Shown piece after piece: positions 19,916 to 29,952 of a stretch of DNA of 64,000 nt. Each line of letters starts with the position of its first letter. Position 1 is the first letter of the stretch. The translations under genes and the position numbers were made by a program. The notes beneath the pieces were generated by a model. That model did not search any database, was not told the DNA's origin, and was given only the letters and a program-made list of their open reading frames with translations. The DNA is from Terriglobia bacterium (lineage in GTDB: Bacteria; Acidobacteriota; Terriglobia; JAJPHL01; JAPKYU01): positions 768,001 through 832,000 of the forward strand of contig CBDBKE010000002.1 of assembly GCA_965206645.1 (NCBI GenBank), in the 5' to 3' direction.

Positions 19916-20080
19916 ATGCCCCATTATGACTACCGGTGCCGCGATTGTAAGAAGCGGTTCTCGAAGATCTTGACGCTCAGCGAGTACGGCCGGGGGAAGG
20001 TGAAGTGCCCTAAGTGCGGCAGTCGCAAGGTGGAGCAGGTGCTCACAAGTTTCTTCGCGGTCACTTCGAAGAAGAGCTGA
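19916..20080 (+). CDS. FmdB-family zinc-ribbon protein (54 aa, absent from the ORF track)
   Basis: [15 protein letters not shown]...[27 protein letters not shown] and TGcTAGAAT extended -10 upstream. 3' end overlaps hutU. Confidence 0.9.
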   Translation: MPHYDYRCRDCKKRFSKILTLSEYGRGKVKCPKCGSRKVEQVLTSFFAVTSKKS

Positions 20081-21740
20081 AAGGAACGCGCAACCCCGCC
20101 TTTTGCGCAAAGTCTTGCGCCTCCTCGTAGCCGACGTCGGCATGCCGGACGATGCCCAGGCCGGGGTCGTTCGTGAGGACGCGCTCCAAGCGTTGGGCGC
20201 CTTCCGCGGTGCCCTCCGCCACCGTAACTTGCCCAGCGTGAAGCGAGTATCCGATGCCCACTCCTCCTCCATTTTGCAGAGAAACCCAGCTGGCCCCGGA
20301 GGCGGTGTTCAGCAGGGCACTCAGCACAGGCCAGTCGGCCACCGCGGCGCTGCCATCCTTCATGCCTTCGGTTTCGCAGTAGGGGGAAGCCACCGAGCCA
20401 CAGTCCAGATGGTCGCGCCCGATCACCACCGGCGCCTTCAACTTTCCCGTTCTGACCAGATCGTTGATGGCCAGGCCAAAGGTAGCGCGCTGGCCATATC
20501 CCAGCCAGCAGATGCGCGCCGGCAAGCCCTGGAAGCGGACCCGGCGGCGGGCCAGCTCGATCCATCGCCCGAGAACGCGGTCCTCCGGGAATAGCTGGCA
20601 CACCAGGTCGTCGGTGACGGCGATGTCAGCCGGATCGCCCGACAGCGCCACCCAGCGAAACGGTCCTCGTCCTTCACAGAAGAGCGGCCGGATGTAGGCC
20701 TGCACAAATCCCGGAAAGGCATAGGCCTCCGTGACTCCCGCCTTGTTGGCCAGGGTCCGGATGTTATTGCCGTAGTCGAAAGCCACAGCGCCGAGCTTCC
20801 GCAAGGCGAGGATGCCTTCGACATGGCGTGCGATCGAGTCCATGCTGCGCTTCAGGTACCCGGCGGGATCGCTCTGGCGCAGGTCGGCGGCCTGCTCGAG
20901 CGAGCAGCCGGCCGGGATGTAGCCGTTGAGGGGATCGTGGGCGCTGGTCTGGTCGGTGAGCAGGTCGGGAACGATGCCGCGGCGGGCCAGTTCTGGGATG
21001 ACCTCGGCGCAATTGCCCACCAGCACCACCGAAGTGGCCTCCTTTTTGCGCACCGCCCTCTTTAGGATGCGGACCGCCTCGTCCAGGTCGTGGACCATGA
21101 TGTCGCAGTAGCCGACGCGCAGGCGGCGCTTCACCCGCTCCGGGTCCACCTCCACGCCCAGGAAGGTAGCGCCATTCAAGGTGGCGGCCAGCGGCTGGGC
21201 GCCGCCCATGCCGCCCATGCCCCCGCTCACCACCAGCTTTCCGGCCAGGTCACCGCTGAAATGCTTGTTGGCGGTCGCCGCAAAAGTCTCGTAGGTGCCT
21301 TGCAGGATTCCCTGTGCCCCGACGTGGATCCAGCTTCCGGCACTCATCTGGCCGTACATGATCAGCCCGGCGCGCTCCAGCTCGCGGAAATGCTCCCAGT
21401 TGGACCAGTGCCCAACTAGATTGGCATTGGCGATGAGAACGCGAGGCGCAAACTCGTGCGTGCGGAACACGCCCACCGGTTTGCCGGACTGCACGAGCAG
21501 GGTTTCGTCGTTGCCGAGCTGCTGCAGCTCGCGCACGATGGCTTCGAAACAGGCCCAGTTGCGCGCCGCCCGCCCCGAGCCGCCGTAGACAATCAGTTCC
21601 TCCGGCTTCTCGGCCACCTCCGGGTCCAGGCTGTTCATCAGCATGCGCAGCGCGGCTTCCTGGTGCCAGCCGCGGCAGGAGAGCTGGGTCCCACGAGGCG
21701 CGCGAACCGTGGGTGGGGGCTTCAGGGTCCCGGTGGTCAT
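20061..21740 (-). CDS. hutU: Urocanate hydratase family protein (divergent)
   Basis: [57 protein letters not shown]. Several conserved motifs are altered (see findings). Confidence 0.88.
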   Translation of the reverse strand: MTTGTLKPPPTVRAPRGTQLSCRGWHQEAALRMLMNSLDPEVAEKPEELIVYGGSGRAARNWACFEAIVRELQQLGNDETLLVQSGKPVGVFRTHEFAPRVLIANANLVGHWSNWEHFRELERAGLIMYGQMSAGSWIHVGAQGILQGTYETFAATANKHFSGDLAGKLVVSGGMGGMGGAQPLAATLNGATFLGVEVDPERVKRRLRVGYCDIMVHDLDEAVRILKRAVRKKEATSVVLVGNCAEVIPELARRGIVPDLLTDQTSAHDPLNGYIPAGCSLEQAADLRQSDPAGYLKRSMDSIARHVEGILALRKLGAVAFDYGNNIRTLANKAGVTEAYAFPGFVQAYIRPLFCEGRGPFRWVALSGDPADIAVTDDLVCQLFPEDRVLGRWIELARRRVRFQGLPARICWLGYGQRATFGLAINDLVRTGKLKAPVVIGRDHLDCGSVASPYCETEGMKDGSAAVADWPVLSALLNTASGASWVSLQNGGGVGIGYSLHAGQVTVAEGTAEGAQRLERVLTNDPGLGIVRHADVGYEEAQDFAQKAGLRVPFSSSSK

Positions 21741-21832
21741 TGCGGTTCCTCTCGACGATGGTAGCACGACCGCTTTGCGTCGGCTTTTCTCATCGGGCTT
21801 CGGCCGTCTGTCCTGCTTCTGCTCAGGCCTGA

Positions 21833-22207
21833 CTAATTGTCTGGCGGCTCGGGCGAGCGCGCCGTTTTCTTCCTGGCTCGGCGGAGCAGCTTTTCCACGC
21901 GGGAGGTGTGCTCAAAACCGCGGTCCAGTTCGAACATCAGGTCTGGGGTGAAACGAAGCGCCAGATGCTCGGCCAGCTCGTGGCGGAGGTAACGGCGGGC
22001 TGCCTCCAGGCAGCGAAGGCTTTGCTGCTGGGCCTCCTCGCCGCCAAGTACACTGACCTGGACACGGGCGTGGCGGAGATCGGGCGAAAGGCGCACTCCG
22101 GTGACGGTGGCAAAGCCGACGCGGGGGTCCCGCATGCGGCTGATCAACTGGCCCAACTGCATGCGCAGCTCATCTGCCAACCGCTCGGCCCGGTGCGATG
22201 GTTTCAT
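21833..22207 (-). CDS. rbfA: Ribosome-binding factor A
   Basis: [35 protein letters not shown]. Confidence 0.95.
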   Translation of the reverse strand: MKPSHRAERLADELRMQLGQLISRMRDPRVGFATVTGVRLSPDLRHARVQVSVLGGEEAQQQSLRCLEAARRYLRHELAEHLALRFTPDLMFELDRGFEHTSRVEKLLRRARKKTARSPEPPDN

Positions 22208-22269
22208 AGGAATTGAAGGGTTGAGTCATCAGCCATAGGAGAATGCGACGGCGGCTAAACGACTTGGGG

Positions 22270-22551
22270 CTACAGGATTTCGATGGTGGCGTCCACCAGG
22301 TCGCCCCCCAGCAGGTGTTCACTTTCCGCCTGGGCGCCGTGCAGCACCTGGCGGAGGTTGCCTTCGCTGCTGGAAATGGAGGCCACCCCCAGCACTGCAC
22401 GCTGCCAGAGGTCCTGGTGGTCCACTTCCGCCACGGCCACGTTGAACTTGCGGCGCAGCCGGTCCTTGAGCCGCTGGATAACCATTCGCTTCTCTTTCAG
22501 CGAATGCGCATAAGGTAAGTGGATTTCCAGAGTGAGCAGCCCAACGGACAC
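22270..22551 (-). CDS. DUF503 family protein (YlxP)
   Basis: HSLKEKRMVI, FNVAVAEVDHQDLWQRA. Typical position between infB and rbfA. Confidence 0.93.
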   Translation of the reverse strand: MSVGLLTLEIHLPYAHSLKEKRMVIQRLKDRLRRKFNVAVAEVDHQDLWQRAVLGVASISSSEGNLRQVLHGAQAESEHLLGGDLVDATIEIL

Positions 22552-22555
22552 GGCA

Positions 22556-25417
22556 TCAGGCCAGCGCTTCGGCGGCGATCTTTTCGATGACGAAAGCTTC
22601 TACAACGTCGCCCTGTTTGACGTCGGAGTAGTTTTCCAGGGCGACGCCGCACTCGAAGCCGGACTTTACCTCGCTGGCATCATCCTTGAAGCGGCGCAGA
22701 GAAGCGACCTTGCCGGTGTAGACCACCGCGTTATCCCGCAGCAGGCGCACTTCGGCGCCGCGCGTCAGCCGGCCGTCCTGCACATAGCAGCCGGCGATCA
22801 TGCCGATCCCCGTGACGCGGAAGGTCTCCCGGACTTCGGCCCGTCCCAGCGCCACTTCCCGGGTGGTGGGCTCCAGCAGCCCAGTCATCGCCTTCTTGAT
22901 TTCGTCCACGACCTCGTAGATGACGGTGTGCAGGCGGATGTCCACTTTTTCCTGCGTGGCCGTTTCCTGCGCCTTCCGTTCCGGGCGTACACCGAAGCCG
23001 ATGATGACAGCGTTGGAGGCGGAAGCCAGCAGCACGTCGGACTCGGTGATGGCGCCGACGCCGGCGTGGATGATCTTCACCTTGACTTTTTCGGTAGCCA
23101 GCTTGTTCAGCGTCTCGGCCAGCACTTCGGCCGAGCCCCCCACGTCGCCCTTCAGGATCAGGTTCAACTCCTTGACCACGCCGGCCTTCATCTGCTCGTG
23201 GAGCTGGCTTAGAGTCAGGCGAGAGGAGCTGGCCAGCACGGCCTCGCGCGCTTTCTGCTCGCGGTAGAGGGCTGTTTGCTTCGCCTTGAGCAGATCAGGG
23301 ACCACCTGGAGCTGGTCGCCCACCTGCGGCACGCTGCTGAGCCCCAGCACTTCCACCGGTGTGGCGGGAAGCGCTTCCTCCAGCCCGCGACCTTGATCGT
23401 CCACCAGCGCCCGCACCCTGCCGAACACGGAACCGACAATGAAGGGGTCCCCCGCGCGCAGGGTGCCATCTTGCACCAGCACTGTGGCCACCGGGCCGCG
23501 GCCGCGGTCCAGCTCGGCTTCCAGAACCGTGGCCATCCCCCGACGGGTGGGAATCGCCTTCAGTTCCTGCACGTCGGCCACCAGCAGAATCATCTCCAGT
23601 AGCAGGTCCAGGTTCTTGTTCTGCTTGGCAGAGACCTCCACGGTCACTGTCTTGCCGCCCCATTCCTCGGGCATCAGGCCGCGGTCCGACAACTGGCGCT
23701 TCACCCGCTCAGGGCTGGCCTCGGGCTTGTCCACCTTGTTGATGGCCACCACTATCGGCACGTTGGCCGCGCGGGCGTGGTCCACCGCTTCCAACGTCTG
23801 GGGCATCACCCCGTCATCGGCCGCCACCACCAGCACGACGATGTCGGTGACCTTCGAACCACGCGCCCGCATCCGCGTGAATGCCTCGTGGCCGGGAGTG
23901 TCAATGAAGGTGATCCGGCGGTTGTTGATTTCCACCTGGTAGGCACCGATGTGCTGGGTAATGCCGCCAGCCTCCTGCTCGCTGACGCGGGTCTGCCGGA
24001 TCACGTCCAACAGCGAGGTCTTCCCATGGTCCACGTGGCCCATGATGGTAACCACCGGCGGGCGTGGCACCCGCTCGCCGGCCTCTGCTTCGCTTTCCGG
24101 CTTGACCGCCTCCAGGGTTTCTTCCTCGAAGCTGATGACGCGAGCCTCGGCCCCAAAATCCCGGGCCACCTCAGTGGCCACCTGCGCGTCCAGCGTCTGG
24201 TTAATAGTCGCGAAAATTCCGCGGCTGATCAGCCGTTGCATCAAGTCCTTAGCCTTGATCTCCAGTTTCTCCGTTAGGTCTTTGACCGAGATGCCTTCGA
24301 CGATGGCGATTTCGCGGCTGATGGGCAGCGGCGTGAATGCTGCCGGTGCCTGGCGCGGCGGGCCGCCGCGTTGCCGCCCTTCTCGATCCCGGACAGGAAT
24401 GGGACTCCGGGTGGGACGCGGACGTTCGCCAACACCGGGCGCAGCGCCCGCACCGCCGGGACGCGTTCGCGTCGGGTGCATGGGGCGCCGCTCATAGCGA
24501 CCCGGAGGCACCGAGAGCCCCGGCACGGTCCGAGGCATCCCGCCTGGACGCCCCACCCCACCAGCAGCCGACCCGCTCACACCCTCGCGCGGCGGCCCAG
24601 CCCGCCTCCGAACTCCTGGAGGCGGCTGATAGATCGGCTGCCCTGGAGCCAGCGCCCGGGGCGACCCAGGACGCACCGGGGGTGACACCACGGCTGGGGG
24701 CGGCAGACCACCGGGGCGACTCACCGGGCCCGGCACGCCGGGACGCGGCGTGCCCATCGGACCCTGCACCCCCAACCGCGGGACGTGTGGGGCAGGCGTT
24801 TGAACCTGAGGCCCGGCTTCGGCCGGAGCAGTGAGAGGCGAACTCGGGGCGGCTGGCATGACCTCTACCACGGGAGGTGCCTCCGTCGATGGTGGAGGGG
24901 AAGCGGCAGTACCCATTTTCGGCGCTCCCGCGGGTGGCAGTGGCTGGGGCGCCGTCCGGCGAATCGGAGGGCGCAAAACGGTGCGCGCTCCCCCCGCCGA
25001 AAACTGTCTCGGCACCAGCGGGGTTCCCAACTGAGGCCGAGGTTCGCCGCGGACAGATGGGCTCGCCACCGGTCCAGAAATGTGCCCCGCTGCTGTTGGA
25101 GCGGGCCGCGATTCCGGAGGCGGCGCGGAAACAGGACTCTCGCCCCGCACTGCAACGGCTTCAGGCGCAGCCGGTTTGGAAGGCAATGCGGCAGGCGGCG
25201 CGGGAGCAGATACCGCCGTTTCGCCAGTCACTACTTCCTTCTCCCCGCCGGACGCTGCAGCGGGTGTGCCAGCAAAGTGCTGGCGCACCTTCTCCGCAAT
25301 CTCTTCGCTGATAGAACTGGAGTGGGACTGTTTGTCGGTGATCCCGAGGGTGGGTAGGAAGTCGAGGATCGCCTTCGCCTTCACCTCTAGTTTTCGGGCT
25401 AATTCGTTAATCCGCAT
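22556..25417 (-). CDS. infB: Translation initiation factor IF-2
   Basis: [24 protein letters not shown]. Long Pro/Ala-rich N-terminal region. Confidence 0.98.
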   Translation of the reverse strand: MRINELARKLEVKAKAILDFLPTLGITDKQSHSSSISEEIAEKVRQHFAGTPAAASGGEKEVVTGETAVSAPAPPAALPSKPAAPEAVAVRGESPVSAPPPESRPAPTAAGHISGPVASPSVRGEPRPQLGTPLVPRQFSAGGARTVLRPPIRRTAPQPLPPAGAPKMGTAASPPPSTEAPPVVEVMPAAPSSPLTAPAEAGPQVQTPAPHVPRLGVQGPMGTPRPGVPGPVSRPGGLPPPAVVSPPVRPGSPRALAPGQPIYQPPPGVRRRAGPPREGVSGSAAGGVGRPGGMPRTVPGLSVPPGRYERRPMHPTRTRPGGAGAAPGVGERPRPTRSPIPVRDREGRQRGGPPRQAPAAFTPLPISREIAIVEGISVKDLTEKLEIKAKDLMQRLISRGIFATINQTLDAQVATEVARDFGAEARVISFEEETLEAVKPESEAEAGERVPRPPVVTIMGHVDHGKTSLLDVIRQTRVSEQEAGGITQHIGAYQVEINNRRITFIDTPGHEAFTRMRARGSKVTDIVVLVVAADDGVMPQTLEAVDHARAANVPIVVAINKVDKPEASPERVKRQLSDRGLMPEEWGGKTVTVEVSAKQNKNLDLLLEMILLVADVQELKAIPTRRGMATVLEAELDRGRGPVATVLVQDGTLRAGDPFIVGSVFGRVRALVDDQGRGLEEALPATPVEVLGLSSVPQVGDQLQVVPDLLKAKQTALYREQKAREAVLASSSRLTLSQLHEQMKAGVVKELNLILKGDVGGSAEVLAETLNKLATEKVKVKIIHAGVGAITESDVLLASASNAVIIGFGVRPERKAQETATQEKVDIRLHTVIYEVVDEIKKAMTGLLEPTTREVALGRAEVRETFRVTGIGMIAGCYVQDGRLTRGAEVRLLRDNAVVYTGKVASLRRFKDDASEVKSGFECGVALENYSDVKQGDVVEAFVIEKIAAEALA

Positions 25418-25449
25418 GCGAACCCATTACCTATTTGCCGCGATCCGTC

Positions 25450-27024
25450 TCACTTTTCGGGCGCTCCCGCCTCATCGTCGCTGTTGCTCGTGCCGGAACC
25501 TTCCAGCCCGGGTTGTTCGAGTGATTCAGCTGCCGGGTGGTCGTCCTCCTGAGCTACACGCTCCGGCGACTCTTGCGCCGCCTCTCCGCCCTGGGCAGGG
25601 ACCGCGTGCTCCTCAGCGGTTAGGTCCGGCATTGCCCGCGCCTCAGAATCTGGCTGGGCGGGTTCGGCCTGCGTTTCGACAAGTTCTTCCGCAGTCGCTT
25701 CGGCCGGCTCGGTGTCCCCGTTGGCTTCCGCCAACTCGACGCTTTCCGCGACTTCTGTCGCCTCCTCGGTTCCTTCCCAGTAATTCTGCACGGCAGCACA
25801 GATTTTTTCTACCATTTTCGGACCGATGCCGGGAATCTCCTGCAACTGCTCGGGCGTCATAGAACCGAGCCGCTCGATGGTCGGGATCTCGTACTGGATG
25901 AGCTTTTCGCGGAGGCGCTCACTGAGCGCGACGAGCTGGGCCAGCGGCGTGCCGCCGACCAATTGTCCCATCTGCCACTCCACTTCCTGGCGCTTCTCCT
26001 CCTCGCTCTTGATGTCAATCCTACAGCCCATCAGCTTGGCCGCGAGACGCACGTTCTGGCCTTTCCTGCCGATGGCCAACGAGAGCTGCGTGTCGTCCAC
26101 GATCACTTCCAGATGCTTCGCGACCGGGTCCAGGACCGTCACTCGGCTGACTTTGGCAGGCTGCAAGGCTTTGGTGGCGAAGACCACCTGGTCCTCGGAA
26201 TGCTCCACGATGTCAATCTTCTCCCCCCGCAACTCGCGGCGGACCGACTCCACCCGCATCCCTTTCATCCCCACGCAGGCGCCGGTGGGGTCCACGTTGC
26301 GGTCGTGGCTGATCACCGCGATCTTCGTGCGCTCCCCAGCCTCCCGCGCGCAGGCTTTGATCACCACCGTGTTGTCGTAAATTTCCGGCACTTCCTGCGC
26401 GAACAGCCGGGTCACGAGTTCGGGTGCGCCGCGGGAAACGATCACCTGTGGGCCCTTCAAGGATTTCTCCACCTTGACGATGATCGCTCGCAAGCGATCG
26501 CTGGGCGAGAACTGTTCCAGGCGCGACTGCTCGCGGCGCGGCAACCGGGCTTCGGCCTTACCAATGTCCACGATCAAGTCCGGCCCCTCGATCCGTTTGA
26601 CGCTGCAGTTGACCAGCTCACCCACGCGCCCGCTGTACTCGTTGTAGACGGTGTCACGTTCCGCCTCTCGCACTTTCTGGCAAATGACCTGCTTGGCCGT
26701 CTGGGCGGCGATCCGACCCAGCACGTCGGTGGGCTTCTTGATCCGCACCTCGCCGTCCAGTTCCACATTGGGGTCTATGGATCGGCCCTCCTCCAGGGAG
26801 ATTTCCGTCAGTGGGGTGGTCACCGTCTCGACAGCCTTGCGGATGGCGAAAACTTCGACCTCTCCAGTTTCCTTGTTGAACTCAGCCTTCAGGTCCTCGC
26901 CGGACTTGTAATACTTGCGAGTCGCCACTGCCATGGCGTCCTCGATGGCGTCGACGATGATCTCCGGATCAATCCCCTTCTCCCGGCTGAGCTGGTCAAT
27001 GGTCTGGTACAGTAGCGATGCCAT
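25450..27024 (-). CDS. nusA: Transcription termination/antitermination factor NusA
   Basis: GRIAAQTAKQVI, REAGERTKIAV, SLAIGRKGQNVRLAAKL. Acidic C-terminal tail. Confidence 0.97.
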   Translation of the reverse strand: MASLLYQTIDQLSREKGIDPEIIVDAIEDAMAVATRKYYKSGEDLKAEFNKETGEVEVFAIRKAVETVTTPLTEISLEEGRSIDPNVELDGEVRIKKPTDVLGRIAAQTAKQVICQKVREAERDTVYNEYSGRVGELVNCSVKRIEGPDLIVDIGKAEARLPRREQSRLEQFSPSDRLRAIIVKVEKSLKGPQVIVSRGAPELVTRLFAQEVPEIYDNTVVIKACAREAGERTKIAVISHDRNVDPTGACVGMKGMRVESVRRELRGEKIDIVEHSEDQVVFATKALQPAKVSRVTVLDPVAKHLEVIVDDTQLSLAIGRKGQNVRLAAKLMGCRIDIKSEEEKRQEVEWQMGQLVGGTPLAQLVALSERLREKLIQYEIPTIERLGSMTPEQLQEIPGIGPKMVEKICAAVQNYWEGTEEATEVAESVELAEANGDTEPAEATAEELVETQAEPAQPDSEARAMPDLTAEEHAVPAQGGEAAQESPERVAQEDDHPAAESLEQPGLEGSGTSNSDDEAGAPEK

Positions 27025-27051
27025 AAGGCTTCCCCGTTGTCGTGCGGCGAA

Positions 27052-27522
27052 TCAGGACTTCCACTCAAAGACCAAATTCGCCCGCTCGACGTTGTCGTAT
27101 TCCACCGAAACGCACTCGCCCTGGGCCAGCGTAAGGGCGAGGACTCCGTTTTCCAGCCCGTTCAACCGCCCCACCAACTGCCGCTGCGTCCCCAGGGGCT
27201 CCTTCAACCGGAGTCGCACTTTGCTCCCGGCAAAGCGCGCGTAATCGGACGGACGATTCAGCCGCCGCTCCACTCCGGGCGAGGAGACTTCCAGGGTGTA
27301 GCTGGTGGGGATTAAATCCTCCACGTCCAGGATGGCTCCTACTTGCTTGCTGATCAGTTCACAGTCGCGATGGGTGACGCCCCCGGGCTTGTCAATGAAG
27401 ATACGCAACAGACTCCGCGGCCCTTTGCCGCGCAACTCAACGTCCACCACCTCCATCCTCTCGGAGGTAGCCACTCGCTCCACAATTCCCCGAATTCGCA
27501 CAAATACCACCTGGTCCGGCAT
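27052..27522 (-). CDS. rimP: Ribosome maturation factor RimP
   Basis: LRIFIDKPGGVTHRDC, YTLEVSSPGVERRL. Start placed at ATG 27522, downstream of the leader hairpin. Confidence 0.94.
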   Translation of the reverse strand: MPDQVVFVRIRGIVERVATSERMEVVDVELRGKGPRSLLRIFIDKPGGVTHRDCELISKQVGAILDVEDLIPTSYTLEVSSPGVERRLNRPSDYARFAGSKVRLRLKEPLGTQRQLVGRLNGLENGVLALTLAQGECVSVEYDNVERANLVFEWKS

Positions 27523-27546
27523 TTCCCAGCGCAACCAAAAAAACCA

Positions 27547-27573
27547 ACAAAAAAGTGGGCTCGCGCCCACTCT
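27547..27573 (-). terminator. rimP-leader attenuator/terminator hairpin
   Basis: Minus strand AGAGTGGGC-GCGA-GCCCACTTTTTTG, between the promoter and rimP. Confidence 0.75.
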
Positions 27574-27608
27574 CTCCTGCGACCCACTACCTGCCAGGGC
27601 TAGCTCTT

Positions 27609-27637
27609 AGAATACCGCGGATTCTGCGGAAAATCAA
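27609..27637 (-). promoter_or_regulatory. Putative sigma70 promoter of the rimP-nusA-infB operon
   Basis: Minus strand TTGATT-17 bp-TATTCT. Confidence 0.6.
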
Positions 27638-27768
27638 GCCACGGTTCGGCTTGCCGCGGCGGCCCCGGGGTTCATAGAGCACTCCCACCGGGATGGCCTG
27701 GATGCGGTATTCTAAAAGCTAGCCCTGGCTTCTGTCGGTTGATTGGAGGCGCCGATGGGGAGATCCGC

Positions 27769-28818
27769 CTACACGTTCACCTTGAAAGCGATCACCAGGA
27801 TTGCCGCCACGATCAAAGCCATGCCGATGATGAAACCTCGAATCGTGTTGGCGCTGGCGCCTTTCCATTCTCCCACCAGCCAACCAAACAGGTTGCCAAA
27901 AAACACGGTCCCGCCAGCGAAGAGCGCGAAGGATATGGACGGCCCCATAGCGCTGCCCAGTTTGACCGCACTCGAGTTGTACAGCAAAAGCCCGCCATAC
28001 CACAGGACGGCCATCGCCACCGCCAGTGAGAAATTCCGAAACAAGACGCGCCTGTTCCGAAAGGCGCCCCAAGTCCGGTTCCGGTTCAGTTTATAAATCG
28101 AATACACAACCCCAGGGAACATCCCGGCATTGAAGGTGACCAGAAGGGCAGCAAACTCGGCGAAGGTTTGCGAAGAAGCGCCCGCCTGCAAGGCATTTTC
28201 CACCAGTCCACTGCTCGACTTCGAGCCGTAGATGAATGCCGTGCCGAGCGGCCCGCTGGAAAGGCAGATCACCAGGCCGGTTCGAAAGCTCCCTCTCACC
28301 ACTTGCCCACCCGCCTCTTTTCCTGCCGTTTTTCCGGCGGTCTCCCGTTCTTTGCGCACTCCGAATTTTCCGTACATGTAAATCCCGGCCAGGATCAGGG
28401 CTACGCCAAGGAAAAAATAAAAGACAGCATCGGTGGAAACTTTGCCGCGAGCGTAGACGATCATCGGTCCGAGAGTTCCTGCCGTGACTGAAGTACTGGC
28501 CGTCACAGCAGCCCCGATGGCTATGCCCACCATGCCAAGCCCCAACCCATACAAGACCTGGGCCACACCCCAAGCAAGGCCCGCAATCAGGCCGGGAAGC
28601 AGGTAGCTGAAAGGGCTCTCCCACAAAACTCCGATCAGGTTCGGTACTGCCAGAAGCGCTGCCACCCACGGCAGAACACCAGTGGAAAGGATCGTGAAAA
28701 TGATCCAGGTGTTCTCCCATTTCCATTCCCGCGTGTAGCGCATCGGGAGAAAGAAGACACCATTCACCAGACCCGCCAGCAGGCCCAAGACTAAACCAGC
28801 TAGAAATTGTTCTTCCAT
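27769..28818 (-). CDS. L-rhamnose/H+ symporter RhaT family (DMT) transporter
   Basis: About 10 hydrophobic helices; FFLPMRYTREWKWENTW; GWLVGEWKGA. Confidence 0.8.
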   Translation of the reverse strand: MEEQFLAGLVLGLLAGLVNGVFFLPMRYTREWKWENTWIIFTILSTGVLPWVAALLAVPNLIGVLWESPFSYLLPGLIAGLAWGVAQVLYGLGLGMVGIAIGAAVTASTSVTAGTLGPMIVYARGKVSTDAVFYFFLGVALILAGIYMYGKFGVRKERETAGKTAGKEAGGQVVRGSFRTGLVICLSSGPLGTAFIYGSKSSSGLVENALQAGASSQTFAEFAALLVTFNAGMFPGVVYSIYKLNRNRTWGAFRNRRVLFRNFSLAVAMAVLWYGGLLLYNSSAVKLGSAMGPSISFALFAGGTVFFGNLFGWLVGEWKGASANTIRGFIIGMALIVAAILVIAFKVNV

Positions 28819-29073
28819 AGCTGCGACCGTGAGCTACGAGCCTGAGCTGCGAGCCCGCTTCACTGCACCGCCCGGCACCTCAAGTTACTGGCGTTGCTCC
28901 TGGCTCGCCTGCACTTGTTGTTGCACCCAATTTGCTGCACTCAATGGTACAGACCAACGCAGCGGAGGTTTCTTCCAATCCGCCGGCGGGGCTTGAAATT
29001 GTCTCAACAATTGTCTCAACAGCAGTTCACGCTTCATAATACAGTGTGCCAGGAAGAGAGGTGAGAGGGAACG

Positions 29074-29631
29074 ATGTCGATCTGGAAGTTTCTCGGACTG
29101 GAAAAGCAAGAGCTGGAGAAGGAGGACCTGCGGGAACCTTCTTCCCCAGAGACGGAAACCGTGCGCAAGATCGTCGACGCTCTGGACCATATGGAGCAGG
29201 AGCGGGCCAGGTACGTTGCTGCCTTTGCGTACCTGCTAAGCCGTGTGGCCCACGCGGACATGCACATCAGCCAGGAGGAGACGCGCCAAATGGAGCGGAC
29301 CGTCATGGAACGGAGCGGCCTCCCCGAGGAGCAGGCGATCCTGGTGGTGCAAATGGCCAAGACCCAGAGCCGGTTGTTTGGGGGCACCGAGAATTTCCTG
29401 GTCACCCGGGAGTTCCACAAAATCGCCACCTACGAGCAGAAGATCGGTTTGCTACATTGTCTCTACGCCGTTTCTTCCGCGGACAAGTCCATTTCCACAA
29501 AGGAAGATCACGAGATCCGCAGCATCTCAAGCGAGCTTAAGCTCAGCCACCGGGACTTCATTGGCGTACGCTTGGCCTACCGGGACCATCTGGCCGTGCT
29601 GAAGAAGCCGTCACCCCGGCGTCGGAGCTAG
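29074..29631 (+). CDS. TerB family (tellurite resistance/DjlA N-terminal-like) protein
   Basis: LLSRVAHADMHISQEE, LYAVSSADKSISTKEDHEIRSISSEL. Confidence 0.8.
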   Translation: MSIWKFLGLEKQELEKEDLREPSSPETETVRKIVDALDHMEQERARYVAAFAYLLSRVAHADMHISQEETRQMERTVMERSGLPEEQAILVVQMAKTQSRLFGGTENFLVTREFHKIATYEQKIGLLHCLYAVSSADKSISTKEDHEIRSISSELKLSHRDFIGVRLAYRDHLAVLKKPSPRRRS

Positions 29632-29952
29632 GACAACCCATAGACAAGCCGCGTCGGCATCCAGAATCCTGATCCGAGCGACCCATCAATCTCCTAGGAC
29701 ATATGTGGCGCGACCATTTTCGAGCTGGGCCAGGTCGTCAGTGGCGAGAGCCCAGTGGCGAGAGCGAGGAGGCCATGCTCTTTACCCACCGGGCCCGGGC
29801 TGGGACCGCGGTTGGGTCTTTACAGTTCTCGTTGACCAATATCATGGTGCTCTACTACGATTGGCAGGTTTTGCGTCGGGAATCGAAGGAAACCTGGGTG
29901 GCCGACCTGCAAGGAACGGACCGCTTCAGGACGCGGCCCGTGGAGAGCGAGA

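Noticed and set aside
10565-27015. Long antisense and alternate-frame ORFs (e.g. 10565-11881, 16598-17509, 25963-27015)
   Set aside because: Shadows of real genes in GC-rich DNA, with no motifs or RBS.
27581-27591. GACCCACTACC, an 11-bp match to the cassette inverted repeat
   Set aside because: No partner end or target duplication. It lies in the rimP leader and is better explained there.
29628-29765. Riboswitch or IS footprint upstream of egtB (CTAGGACA x2, CAGTGGCGAGAGC x2)
   Set aside because: No recognisable aptamer core or terminator; short repeats are compatible with chance or slippage.
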